From Planctomycetota bacterium (lineage in GTDB: Bacteria > Planctomycetota > GCA-002687715 > DRQF01), in NCBI GenBank assembly GCA_036479435.1, contig JAZGFI010000136.1, positions 1 through 50,057 on the forward strand: a stretch of 50,057 bases of DNA. The letters are read 5' to 3'. Of this stretch, positions 1-8,696 are shown piece by piece; within the stretch, counting starts at the first letter, position 1, and each line of letters begins with the position of its first letter. Under the pieces are notes generated by a model. That model was given only the letters and a program-made list of their open reading frames with translations, searched no databases and had not been told where the DNA came from. Position numbers and translations under genes: made by a program.

Positions 1-92
1 AGCCTGCGGACGCGGTCCTCTTTTTTGATCAACATCGCTAGCGCGGAAAGAAAACACCCGAAGAGCAAGAAAGAAGAAAAAGCGACGGACAT
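1..92 (-). CDS. N-terminal fragment of a probable membrane protein (runs off the window start)
   Basis: ATG at 92-90 on the - strand is preceded by CAAGGG. The frame reads MSVAFSSFLLFGCFLSALAMLIKKEDRVRR (hydrophobic helix then basic residues) and is open to the edge. Confidence 0.5.
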   Translation of the reverse strand, partial: MSVAFSSFLLFGCFLSALAMLIKKEDRVRR

Positions 93-120
93 CCCTTGAC
101 TAGCGGGGCCCTCTCATGGA

Positions 121-182
121 AGGCACCCCGCCGTCACTTTTTCGTGCCAGGCACAGAATAGTGACGGCGGGGTGCCTGGCAC
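121..182. repeat. Long inverted repeat / REP-like hairpin
   Basis: AGGCACCCCGCCGTCACT (121-138) is the exact reverse complement of AGTGACGGCGGGGTGCCT (160-177). The palindrome GTGCCWGGCAC occurs at 144-154 and again at 172-182. Confidence 0.8.
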
Positions 183-218
183 TGAATACGGCGCGCTGGC
201 TATCACCGCTTGTGTCAC

Positions 219-1979
219 TTATTTGCGGGAGCCGCCGTCGGGGGCTCGAGGGTCGACACCGGCGCGAATGAGGCCGGGGGCTTTCTTATCGGCGACGGGC
301 CAACGCACTTCGAGGCACTCCGCCGCTCCCATCCGTCTGCGAAAACTCAGCTTGTGGCCCAGCTCTTCGAGTGCCTTGGAAAAGTGAGCCTTGTTGAGGG
401 CCTCTTCGGCGATGATCTGATCGGGGAGCCACTGGTGGTGGATGCGCGGGCTGTTGACGGCGGCTTGGATACCCATTCCCAGATCGACGCCATTTACCAA
501 GACTTGCATCACCGTGTTGATGATGGTGCGCCCACCGGGGGTTCCCAAGACAAACCTCAAGCGACCGCGACGATCCTCGACGATCACCGGACACATCGAC
601 GACAGCATGCGTTTGCCGGGTTCGACTAAATTCGGCTCGGAGCCGATATGGCCGCGTTCGCTGGTCATGCCTCGCCGCGGATTGAAATCACCCATCTCGT
701 TGTTGAGGAGAAAACCTGCCCCCGGCACCACAATTCCGGAGCCGTAGGACTGCTCAAGGGTGTAGGTCAAAGCCACGGCAGCGAATTCTGCGTCGATAAC
801 GGACAGATGAGTCGTGTCCTCACTCTCAAAGTTCCAGCTGAAGCCATCGATCACACTCGTCGAAGCTCGCTTGGGGTCAATGTCGGCAGCCCGGCGGCGG
901 CCGTGTTCTTTCGAAATCAGATGTCGCCAGCTTTTCGGGTCGTTGAAATCGGGGTCGCCGAGTAGCCGCGCGCGATCGGCAAAGCCGCGTCGCATGACTT
1001 CGCTCAAGAGGTGTGCGCGCGCCCCAATCTTGGGTGCCATCGGGAAAGTCTCGAGCATGTTTAACATGTTGATCAGCGTGATTCCGCCGGAGGAAGGTGG
1101 CCCCATTCCGATGACGCGATGACCTCGATACCGACCGAACACGGCGGCACGTTCTTGGGCGCGATAGGCCGAAAGATCTTCTGCGCTCATCACGCCACCG
1201 CCGCGCCGCATCTCAGCGATCAATAGGTCCGCAGTCTTGCCTTTGTAAAACCCGCGAGGTCCCTCCATCATCACCCGGCGCAAAGTCGCGGCGAGCTCCG
1301 GTTGGCGAAAAATATCGCCAGCCAGGTAGTTCGCACCATCCGATTTGAAGAAAGTCTGCATCGACGCGGGATAAGGCGCGAACTTGGAGCGAGCCGCGGC
1401 GAGCGAAGCCGAAAAACCGGCGGACACGATAAATCCAGACTCGGCTAAGGCCACCGCTGGAGCCACGAGTTTTCGCCAGGGAAGTCTCCCCAGACGACGA
1501 TGCGCGACGGCCAATCCAGCGACCGTACCGGGAACTCCAACCGACAAGTGCGAGTCGTGGTGGCGAGCGCGGTCGTAGCGCTTATTTTCGTTCAAAAACA
1601 TCTCTGGCGTCGCGGCCAGAGGCGCTTTCTCGCGAAAATCGAAGGTCGTCGTAGCGCCCTTTTTACCCCGCCAAACCAAGAAACCTCCGCCACCAAGATT
1701 GCCCGCGGCGGGGTGAATCACGGCCAAGGCGAAGGCCGTGGCCACCGCGGCATCGACGGCATTGCCCCCATCGCGGAGCATCGCCGCACCGACTTCGGAC
1801 GCCACAACATTCTGGCTGACGACCACGCCGCTTGAGGTCTTCGTCGCGGCTTGCTGCGCGCGCAGCGCATCGAAAGGAGAGCTGACGAGCCATATGAGCG
1901 CTATAAGGACCAGCTTGAAGGCTACAAAGTGAGGCGAATTCAACATCCTGGGGGCTTCCTGCTCTTGTTGTGAAGTCAC
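219..1979 (-). CDS. ggt: Gamma-glutamyltransferase (glutathione hydrolase), exported
   Basis: Motifs GGNAVDAAVA, GNLGGGGF, FDFREKAP, VGVPGTVAG, PPSSGG, autocleavage Thr in EDTTHLSV, LLNNEMGDF, KRMLSSM, GTPGG. N-terminal signal peptide; the start may be ATG 1946. Confidence 0.97.
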   Translation of the reverse strand: MTSQQEQEAPRMLNSPHFVAFKLVLIALIWLVSSPFDALRAQQAATKTSSGVVVSQNVVASEVGAAMLRDGGNAVDAAVATAFALAVIHPAAGNLGGGGFLVWRGKKGATTTFDFREKAPLAATPEMFLNENKRYDRARHHDSHLSVGVPGTVAGLAVAHRRLGRLPWRKLVAPAVALAESGFIVSAGFSASLAAARSKFAPYPASMQTFFKSDGANYLAGDIFRQPELAATLRRVMMEGPRGFYKGKTADLLIAEMRRGGGVMSAEDLSAYRAQERAAVFGRYRGHRVIGMGPPSSGGITLINMLNMLETFPMAPKIGARAHLLSEVMRRGFADRARLLGDPDFNDPKSWRHLISKEHGRRRAADIDPKRASTSVIDGFSWNFESEDTTHLSVIDAEFAAVALTYTLEQSYGSGIVVPGAGFLLNNEMGDFNPRRGMTSERGHIGSEPNLVEPGKRMLSSMCPVIVEDRRGRLRFVLGTPGGRTIINTVMQVLVNGVDLGMGIQAAVNSPRIHHQWLPDQIIAEEALNKAHFSKALEELGHKLSFRRRMGAAECLEVRWPVADKKAPGLIRAGVDPRAPDGGSRK

Positions 1980-2052
1980 GAAGGGTTCATCATCCGAGGC
2001 CCTTCAGCGCGGAGCTCGCTGATCTTATCCTCTTGGACACGGAATAGTCTGA

Positions 2053-3135
2053 ATGCCCTTGCTTCCTGCCGCGCAAATCTTTCACAGCGATGAGCCCCTG
2101 GACCTTGAGTTCGGCGGGCGACTACCTGAGCTCGACGTTGCCTACGAAACCTGGGGCTCCCTGAATAAGGCACGCGACAACGCGGTGTTGATCGTGCCCG
2201 CTTTCTCCGCTCATTCCCACGCCAGGTCGGGTGCGCTCGACGAAGACCCCGGCTGGTGGGAGAAGATGATAGGCCCCGGCGCGGCCTTAAATAGCGATCG
2301 CTGGTTCTTCGTTTGCGCGTCACTGTTGGGTGGATGTCACGGGACGACCGGCCCACAGAGTCAAAACCCCGAGACCAACGACGACTTTGGCGGCGACTTC
2401 CCCGTCGTCGACATTCGCGACATGACGCACGCGCATGCGAGGCTCCTCGACTTCATGGGGATTCACAACCTTCATGCCGTGGTGGGCAGCTCGATGGGCG
2501 CCATGCAAGCGCTAGAGTTTTCGATTCTCTATCCAGATCGCGCCAAAAAAATCGTCGCCGTCTCGGGGACGGCATGGACGCGCCCGGCGACGGCCGCAAT
2601 CCGTCACCTCGGGCGGCGAGCCATCATGAGCGATCCCGCGTGGAAGGACGGCCACTACCGCGACAAAGGCCCGACTGAGGGCATTCGACTCGCGCGGGAA
2701 CTCGGCACCGTGTTCTATCGATCCAAAGAGGAGTTTAACGACCGCTTTCCCCACCGACCCATCCGGAAACCGAGCCTCCGCCAGATCACGTTCGACGTGC
2801 AGTCTTATTTGGACTATCAGGGGCGAAAGGCGACAAACCGTTTCGACGCCAACGCCTATCTCATGATGTCCTTAGCCATGGACCTGCATGACATCGCCCG
2901 CGACCGGGGCGACTTGGCGGACGCTTTCGCCGACACTCACTCGGAGTTCTTGGTGGCGGGCGTCAAAGAGGATCGGCTGATTCCTTTGCCCGAGCAAATC
3001 GAAGTGCGCGACGCGCTCGAGCAGGCGGGCAAGAAAACGGAATGGCACGAATGGTCGAGTCCCATTGGGCACGACGCCTTTTTGGTGGAGATCGACACCT
3101 TAGGGCCGCATCTCAATCGTTTCTTAGAGTCCTGA
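2053..3135 (+). CDS. metX: MetX-family (AB hydrolase) homoserine/serine O-acyltransferase
   Basis: VAYETWGSLN, PGWWEKMIGPG, GGCHGTTGP, nucleophile GSSMG, RFDANAY, GHDAFL. Substrate is uncertain (see findings). Confidence 0.9.
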   Translation: MPLLPAAQIFHSDEPLDLEFGGRLPELDVAYETWGSLNKARDNAVLIVPAFSAHSHARSGALDEDPGWWEKMIGPGAALNSDRWFFVCASLLGGCHGTTGPQSQNPETNDDFGGDFPVVDIRDMTHAHARLLDFMGIHNLHAVVGSSMGAMQALEFSILYPDRAKKIVAVSGTAWTRPATAAIRHLGRRAIMSDPAWKDGHYRDKGPTEGIRLARELGTVFYRSKEEFNDRFPHRPIRKPSLRQITFDVQSYLDYQGRKATNRFDANAYLMMSLAMDLHDIARDRGDLADAFADTHSEFLVAGVKEDRLIPLPEQIEVRDALEQAGKKTEWHEWSSPIGHDAFLVEIDTLGPHLNRFLES

Positions 3136-3194
3136 GTCCTCAGTCCTAGACCTGTTGCCGCCGCGCCTAACCCGTTGCGCCGAGGCCGAGCGGA

Positions 3195-3659
3195 CTAGGT
3201 GAGGTCAGATTCGCCAAGCTTTTGATCTTCGAAATCGAGCCGCTCGGTGCTGGTGATGACTTTGGGCTCGACTTCACGTTCCGAGAGTTCCGCACTGAGG
3301 GCACGCGACGACGAGGGAGCCAAAGCCTGCAAGAAAATCCACAGAACGGCCAAGACGATCGCAGCCAGGCCCAGGGTGAGTCCAAAGAAGCGACGCCCTT
3401 GTTCAGCTCGAGCACGCTTGTCACCGTCGATGCCAAAATCGACATCAACGTTGAAGCCAGAATCGACGTCACCGTCGAAGTCCATGGCGAACTGACGGTC
3501 CTCAACTGAGAGGCCTTCTCCGACCAAAAACGAAAAATAGCGCCGCAAAAAACCGGCCTCCGTCGAACTCGAAGTTGACGTCGAGGTCTCCGACAATGCC
3601 AGCTCGTCCGCAACGGCGAGAGCAGCTCGCTTTGAGAGTTGATGTCTAGAGGAGGTCAT
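3195..3659 (-). CDS. Single-pass membrane protein, putative anti-sigma partner
   Basis: ATG 3659 overlaps the sigma stop codon (ATGA). One TM segment (FFGLTLGLAAIVLAVLWIFL) and an Asp-rich repeat. Confidence 0.6.
   Translation of the reverse strand: MTSSRHQLSKRAALAVADELALSETSTSTSSSTEAGFLRRYFSFLVGEGLSVEDRQFAMDFDGDVDSGFNVDVDFGIDGDKRARAEQGRRFFGLTLGLAAIVLAVLWIFLQALAPSSSRALSAELSEREVEPKVITSTERLDFEDQKLGESDLT
3420..3484. repeat. Imperfect 24-bp tandem repeat (about 2.7 copies) inside the CDS
   Basis: gtcaccgtcgatgccaaaatcgac / atcaacgttgaagccagaatcgac / gtcaccgtcgaagtcca, encoding DFDGDVDS-GFNVDVDF-GIDGD. Confidence 0.75.
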
Positions 3660-4195
3660 GAAATCAGCTCCTGGTATTCCGGGCAATCGTTCCTGACCAC
3701 CCTTGTGATCTGATCGAGCACAGACTCAAGACGGCGGCGGATAGTATTGACATGGCAAGCGCGCAAACTGGCGATGGCATCCAAAGTCAAGCCGCGATAA
3801 AAACGGTCTTCGAGAAGCTCAATCTCGACTCGGGTAAGACCGGCGAGCGCAGTCAATTCGTGCACCCAGGTGATGCGAGCGATCTGGGCCGCGTCACTAG
3901 TCCCGGCGAGATCCGTCAACGGCAAGGCCGCCCTCAACTTTCGGCGCCGGACGCGATCGATGAAAGTGCTGTAGGTCATCTTTGCGAGCAGGGCTTTCTC
4001 GCGACCTGGCTCCAGGCCTAGCTCGGTGTAGCCACGGCTAAAAAACTTCAACAGGACGTCTTGAGCGACGTCTTCCGCGTCGTCGAAGTTCGCCCCCAAA
4101 GATTGCAGAAGTCGCATGGAGAATTGGCGATGCTCCACGAATTGGCCCCCGCCAGGGGCCTCGGTGCCCAGATTGTCGCTGCGGGTTGCAAGCAA
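3656..4195 (-). CDS. ECF-type RNA polymerase sigma-70 factor
   Basis: Region 2 DAEDVAQDVLLK...FIDRVRRR; region 4 LLEDRFYRGLTLDAIASLRACHVNTIRRRL. GAGGAG RBS 7 nt before TTG 4195. Confidence 0.85.
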   Translation of the reverse strand: MLATRSDNLGTEAPGGGQFVEHRQFSMRLLQSLGANFDDAEDVAQDVLLKFFSRGYTELGLEPGREKALLAKMTYSTFIDRVRRRKLRAALPLTDLAGTSDAAQIARITWVHELTALAGLTRVEIELLEDRFYRGLTLDAIASLRACHVNTIRRRLESVLDQITRVVRNDCPEYQELIS

Positions 4196-4319
4196 GCGTC
4201 GACTCCTCGAGGTGACAGAAACGGAGGTCTGGGATTTGTATCCAAACGCACCCGAGCGACCTCGCTAAGGGCTTGACGCCCCATCTGAGCCGATGGCACC
4301 ACTAATTCCGACTTTTTTT

Positions 4320-6260
4320 TCAGGGATTTGTCTGCGAAGTGTACTCGGGAGACGCGTCAATCAGCGGCAACAGATCCCATGCCGTTGAATTCAGGTCAAA
4401 AGCATTCGTCGGCGAGAAAACTTCGAAAAGAGAGTCGAAAGGCATCGACGGCCCCGAAAACGCGTCGATATCGATCTCGGTACTCAGCGACGACAAGTTG
4501 TTGCCGGGGCTAATTCCACTGAGGACAAGATCTGTCGCTGGCGGTGCACCAAAGAACTCGAAGAACATCTCACCATGGTGTGAGAGTTTCACAAGAAAGC
4601 TCACGGGAGTTCCCGAGGGTGAGGACTCGACATCGACGAAGGCGACCGTTAGGAAAAAGGGGGTCATGTGGATCGCGGCGAGAGAGTTCGGACCCCATTG
4701 CCAATCCTGCCACATGGGCGCGATGCGCGGCAAGCCCGCGTTCATCGCGCTTGCCGACGGCGTCCCCTGCGCATCGGCCTCGCCGAATGTGATCGTGCCG
4801 TTGGCATTGATGCACAGGCTATCTTGGAACTCGCCGAACATCGGAAACGTGAATCCAAGGTCAAAAAGTATCTCGATGGATTGACCCGCCAGTAGGGGCA
4901 GCGAACCACCGAGAGCTTGTACTGGGATGTACTCGTAAGCGGCGGGTGCGGTCGTTAGGGCTCCTCCCGATTGGCTGACGACAACGTCCGCAAACCCTAA
5001 GGCACCAGAGGGTGTAATGATGAGGATTTCATCAGCCGAGCGATGAATAACGGTCAGCGCCATAACACCGCCGACACTCACCGTGGCCCCGGCTTCAAAT
5101 CCGGTGCCACGGATCAACATCGAAGCTAGGCCGACAACGGGCCCCTTTGAGGGCGACAGGTCGAGGATCTGGAGGGGAATAGCGTCCGCATCCAAACTGA
5201 ATCCAGAGCCAGCGACATCGTGACGGTACTGCAAGATACTTTGTGTGAGATCAAAGGTTCGGCCGGCGGGAACCAGCTCAAAACATGAATCGGAAGCCCC
5301 GACGGCGATCGGCATCGAGGTCGACAGATTGCGCGAGTCGCCAATACCCAATCCCGCGATCGGCGTCAGCCCGATGAGTTGCTCGCCCTGGGGAGAGCGC
5401 ACCAGCGCAAGATCAACTTCACCGTTACCAATAAAGTGAATCGACCCGGACAATGTGTCCGGCTGAGTTTCTCCGGAGATGGGATCAATGACCGGAATGT
5501 CGAGATAGCTGACGAGCACGCCGCTGGCATCTTCGCGAACCGTGACGCGCCCATCGTAACGCGGATCGAGATCGCGCCAGCACAAGGCGACGCGCGGTGG
5601 ACCCGACGTCATCCCCGACGCACTAGGTTGGTCCGATGGATCTGCGAAACCAAAAGTCACGTTGCCATTCGCGTTGACGAAAAGCCCACTCCACATCGTT
5701 CCTCCGAACTCGACCGGGGTCGCCAAGGCAACAAACTTCGAGTCGTCTTCGTTCTCGAAGAAGAGCAGAGTCTCGTCGGCTGCAACCGTCGACATCCGAG
5801 TCGTGCCCGTCAAGCGCACGCTGAAGCTGGCTGTCGCATCGGTAACAACGCCCTGTAGGTAGATGTCGAGGCCCGCGAAAGTCGCCGGAAAAACGAGTTG
5901 AGCCTGCCCGGCGATGTCCGTGACGGCCCCCAGGTCGAGCGCCGACATGCGATCGAATCCGTTCAGCACGACCAGGAATCCATCGTCGCTAAGGTTCAAG
6001 AATCCGGCCGAACCGAAATTCATCCCGTCCGCCTCGAACCTCCCGGCGAACAGCGCGTAGGGAGTTTGGGAATCGGCCTGAAAGTCGAGGACCGCGGTGC
6101 CGGGAACGGTAATCGCGACGCGCGAAGGAAAGGCCCCGTCATTGAGGCTATTCACCGTCAAAGAAGCAGACGATAGGTTCACCGACTGCCCCATCGTCGA
6201 CGATAGAGTTACGAGAATGCCCAGCAGCAAGAGCGTCGAAACTCGTAATAGTTGCATCAT
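4320..6260 (-). CDS. Secreted protein with a central IPT/TIG domain and two nidogen-like repeats
   Basis: Signal peptide; IPT/TIG motif LSPSKGPVVG...IRGTGFEAGATVSVGG...TPSGALGFADVVV; duplicated NANGxxTFG...PRxAxxWxD motif. Confidence 0.75.
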   Translation of the reverse strand: MMQLLRVSTLLLLGILVTLSSTMGQSVNLSSASLTVNSLNDGAFPSRVAITVPGTAVLDFQADSQTPYALFAGRFEADGMNFGSAGFLNLSDDGFLVVLNGFDRMSALDLGAVTDIAGQAQLVFPATFAGLDIYLQGVVTDATASFSVRLTGTTRMSTVAADETLLFFENEDDSKFVALATPVEFGGTMWSGLFVNANGNVTFGFADPSDQPSASGMTSGPPRVALCWRDLDPRYDGRVTVREDASGVLVSYLDIPVIDPISGETQPDTLSGSIHFIGNGEVDLALVRSPQGEQLIGLTPIAGLGIGDSRNLSTSMPIAVGASDSCFELVPAGRTFDLTQSILQYRHDVAGSGFSLDADAIPLQILDLSPSKGPVVGLASMLIRGTGFEAGATVSVGGVMALTVIHRSADEILIITPSGALGFADVVVSQSGGALTTAPAAYEYIPVQALGGSLPLLAGQSIEILFDLGFTFPMFGEFQDSLCINANGTITFGEADAQGTPSASAMNAGLPRIAPMWQDWQWGPNSLAAIHMTPFFLTVAFVDVESSPSGTPVSFLVKLSHHGEMFFEFFGAPPATDLVLSGISPGNNLSSLSTEIDIDAFSGPSMPFDSLFEVFSPTNAFDLNSTAWDLLPLIDASPEYTSQTNP

Positions 6261-6530
6261 CTAATCGTTCCCAACTCGAAAACCGAAGAACAGGAATCGA
6301 CAAGAGGTTCCCGACCGCAGTGCTCATCATGGCTCTTGTGAAGAATCCGACCCTAACAGGGCCAGGGTCTGAGGCTGTATTAAGACAAGCGCTCCCGGGT
6401 TAATAACCCATCCACATTTGCCAACAATATCTAACGGAGCTATCCACAAACAGCGACTGAAAAGAGAATTGTGGCTGCGGGTCAGCCCTTAGTATCAATC
6501 TTCGCATTTATTTGTCCTAGGACGCCCAGC

Positions 6531-8606
6531 TCACCAGCTTCCGCAACTTGCGCCCAAGGAACTCGCTATCGACGGTCTATCGGTGCTTGAGTTGAGGATT
6601 GTTGCCAACTTTCTCCAGGCCCGCAACATCTCGGCGGCGCTCCAGGCTTGGGCACCGGCGCCACAGGTTCGGTATGGCGGGTCACCCTCGGCTAATTCTC
6701 CGATCTGACCCTGAGTCCCGCGATTAAGATCTGCCAGTGCGGATTGCAGCTGATGATAGAGCCCAAGTGCTTGACCGCGACCGCGCACTGCCAGCACGGC
6801 ATCCACGTACACGCCCCACAACCAGGGCCAAACACAACCTTGATGGTAGGCCGCATCGCGGTGCTCCTGATCACCACGGTACTGGCCGCAGTAGCGCGGG
6901 TCTCGCGGGTCCAATGTCCTGAGGCCGAAAGGAGTCAAAAGACGCTCGTCCACGGCCTTGAGTGAGCCGCGCCGCGATGGTGCGCTCAGAAAGCCGCCTT
7001 TCTCCGCGAGTGCAAAGAGCAAATTGGGACGAAGGGCCAAATCGCCATCGCCGTCGACAGTATCGAGAAGGTAGCCAAGTTCAGGCCGCCAAAAGCGTGC
7101 TTCAAAGTTGTTCTCGAGTTTCACAAGACGCGTTTGCGCCAACTGAGAACTCGCGCTGTCACCTCGCTCTTGAGACCATTGCTTCCACAACCTCAGTCCC
7201 AAAAGGTAAAGAGCGTTGAGTTCGACACACTTGCCGAAACGGGGCGTTACCGGCTGCCCAAATGATTGAGCGTCCATCCAGGTGAGTTGAGTTCGAAGGC
7301 TCCCGGCGTGCAGGAGGCCATCGTCAGGATCTACCGCGATATCGTGCCGAGTGCCACGGTGATAGCAGATGAGTACCTGTTCTACTGCCGCATGGAATCG
7401 ATCGCGAAGAACACCGGGCCTCATCTTTCGCCAACCGGAAAGATTGCTTAGTGCTCTGAGAAAAAAAAGAGAGGCATCGGCTGAGTTCCATAAGTGTTGA
7501 TCGTCCGCCCCCTTCGAAGCCGCATTTTGCGCATCGCCGCGCTCGCGAATGCGGTTCGGCAACATGCCTTCCGACATGCGGTCAACCCAAGCTTGAAGGA
7601 TCTCAAAAACCAAGCCCACGTCCCCGCTAGCGCGGGCGAAGCCGGGCAGCGAGATCATCGTGTCGCGTCCCCACTCGCCAAACCAAGGGTAGCCCGCCAA
7701 AAGACCGCGACGCCCGGATCCCGGCGACTCGAAACTTGGCAGCAAAGTTGCAGCCCGAAGGCGTTCTGGCGCAGAGCTAGGGACGGCGGCGTGCACCACC
7801 GTCGAAGGTCTTCGGTCGCGATCACCGAAACACAGCCGAATCTTGGGATTGTCCGCGCTCAAGACCCCCCGAATGCCGCGCCGCGACTCCAAGTCTTCGC
7901 GGCAGGAATACCCGCGGCGATCCTCTTCCGCGCGGTAGAAGTCGCGGTGGGCTTTTTCTTGCTCGAAAAACTCAGCCCCGCAAACTGTCAGTTCCAATGC
8001 GGGCAGCGCGGGATCATGAACCCAATTGGCGCACACGGCGTCGCCCTGCCAGTTTCGAGAGTCGCTCGCCGGTCCCCCGTGAAACGAGCGGCCCGAAGTG
8101 AATAAGCTGACTTCGAAGTGGCAAGGGGCGCCATCCAAGAGTTCCCATTCCAACTCACCGCCGTTGGCACGCCGTTCCAAGCTCAAGCGCCGCGCGATGC
8201 GCCGACCGGCGATGCGCCAAATCCAAAGGGGTTCGGGTTCCGCGCGAAAACTCTCAAGATGCTCAAATCCGCGGGGATAGATGACACCCTGGCCATAGAG
8301 GTTGGAAGCCAAGCTAAACGCGCCCGGAGATCCAGCATCAGCGCCACGGCGGGGTCTAGTCGAGTCCGAGTTGATGACGTCACCGCCCCATTCTTCGACG
8401 TGGGACAACAGCAATCGTCGGCCAAAGGGCCGTGGATAGGCCGCAACGAGTAACCCGTGGTAATTGCGGGTCGCGCATCCAGATCGAGTACCCGATGCGA
8501 AGCCCCCGGTCCCACAACAGACGAGCCATTCCGGCTCTTCAAGGATCTGCGCGTCGTCTAGGTCGCTCACAGGTGAGTGGCTCCAATGTTGGGTAATCAT
8601 GTGCAT
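6531..8606 (-). CDS. Glycogen debranching enzyme (amylo-alpha-1,6-glucosidase, GDE_N + GDE_C)
   Basis: EWLV..GGFASGT, TRNYHGLLVAA, AGYPWFGEWGRDTMISLPG, QLTWMDA, LLTPFGLRTL, AYHQGCVWPW, QAWS. Confidence 0.93.
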   Translation of the reverse strand: MHMITQHWSHSPVSDLDDAQILEEPEWLVCCGTGGFASGTRSGCATRNYHGLLVAAYPRPFGRRLLLSHVEEWGGDVINSDSTRPRRGADAGSPGAFSLASNLYGQGVIYPRGFEHLESFRAEPEPLWIWRIAGRRIARRLSLERRANGGELEWELLDGAPCHFEVSLFTSGRSFHGGPASDSRNWQGDAVCANWVHDPALPALELTVCGAEFFEQEKAHRDFYRAEEDRRGYSCREDLESRRGIRGVLSADNPKIRLCFGDRDRRPSTVVHAAVPSSAPERLRAATLLPSFESPGSGRRGLLAGYPWFGEWGRDTMISLPGFARASGDVGLVFEILQAWVDRMSEGMLPNRIRERGDAQNAASKGADDQHLWNSADASLFFLRALSNLSGWRKMRPGVLRDRFHAAVEQVLICYHRGTRHDIAVDPDDGLLHAGSLRTQLTWMDAQSFGQPVTPRFGKCVELNALYLLGLRLWKQWSQERGDSASSQLAQTRLVKLENNFEARFWRPELGYLLDTVDGDGDLALRPNLLFALAEKGGFLSAPSRRGSLKAVDERLLTPFGLRTLDPRDPRYCGQYRGDQEHRDAAYHQGCVWPWLWGVYVDAVLAVRGRGQALGLYHQLQSALADLNRGTQGQIGELAEGDPPYRTCGAGAQAWSAAEMLRAWRKLATILNSSTDRPSIASSLGASCGSW

Positions 8607-8696
8607 TTTAATGCAAAAGGCTTTAGCTTCTAATTTCAGCAGACGATAGGGACGACGGGACTCTTAGTAACCCTTGGATCTACAAGGACGCGATGC

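Noticed and set aside
8602..8615. Palindrome TGCATT-TT-AATGCA at the divergent debranching-enzyme promoter
   Set aside because: Single short AT-rich palindrome overlapping a possible start codon; no cognate regulator; chance cannot be excluded.
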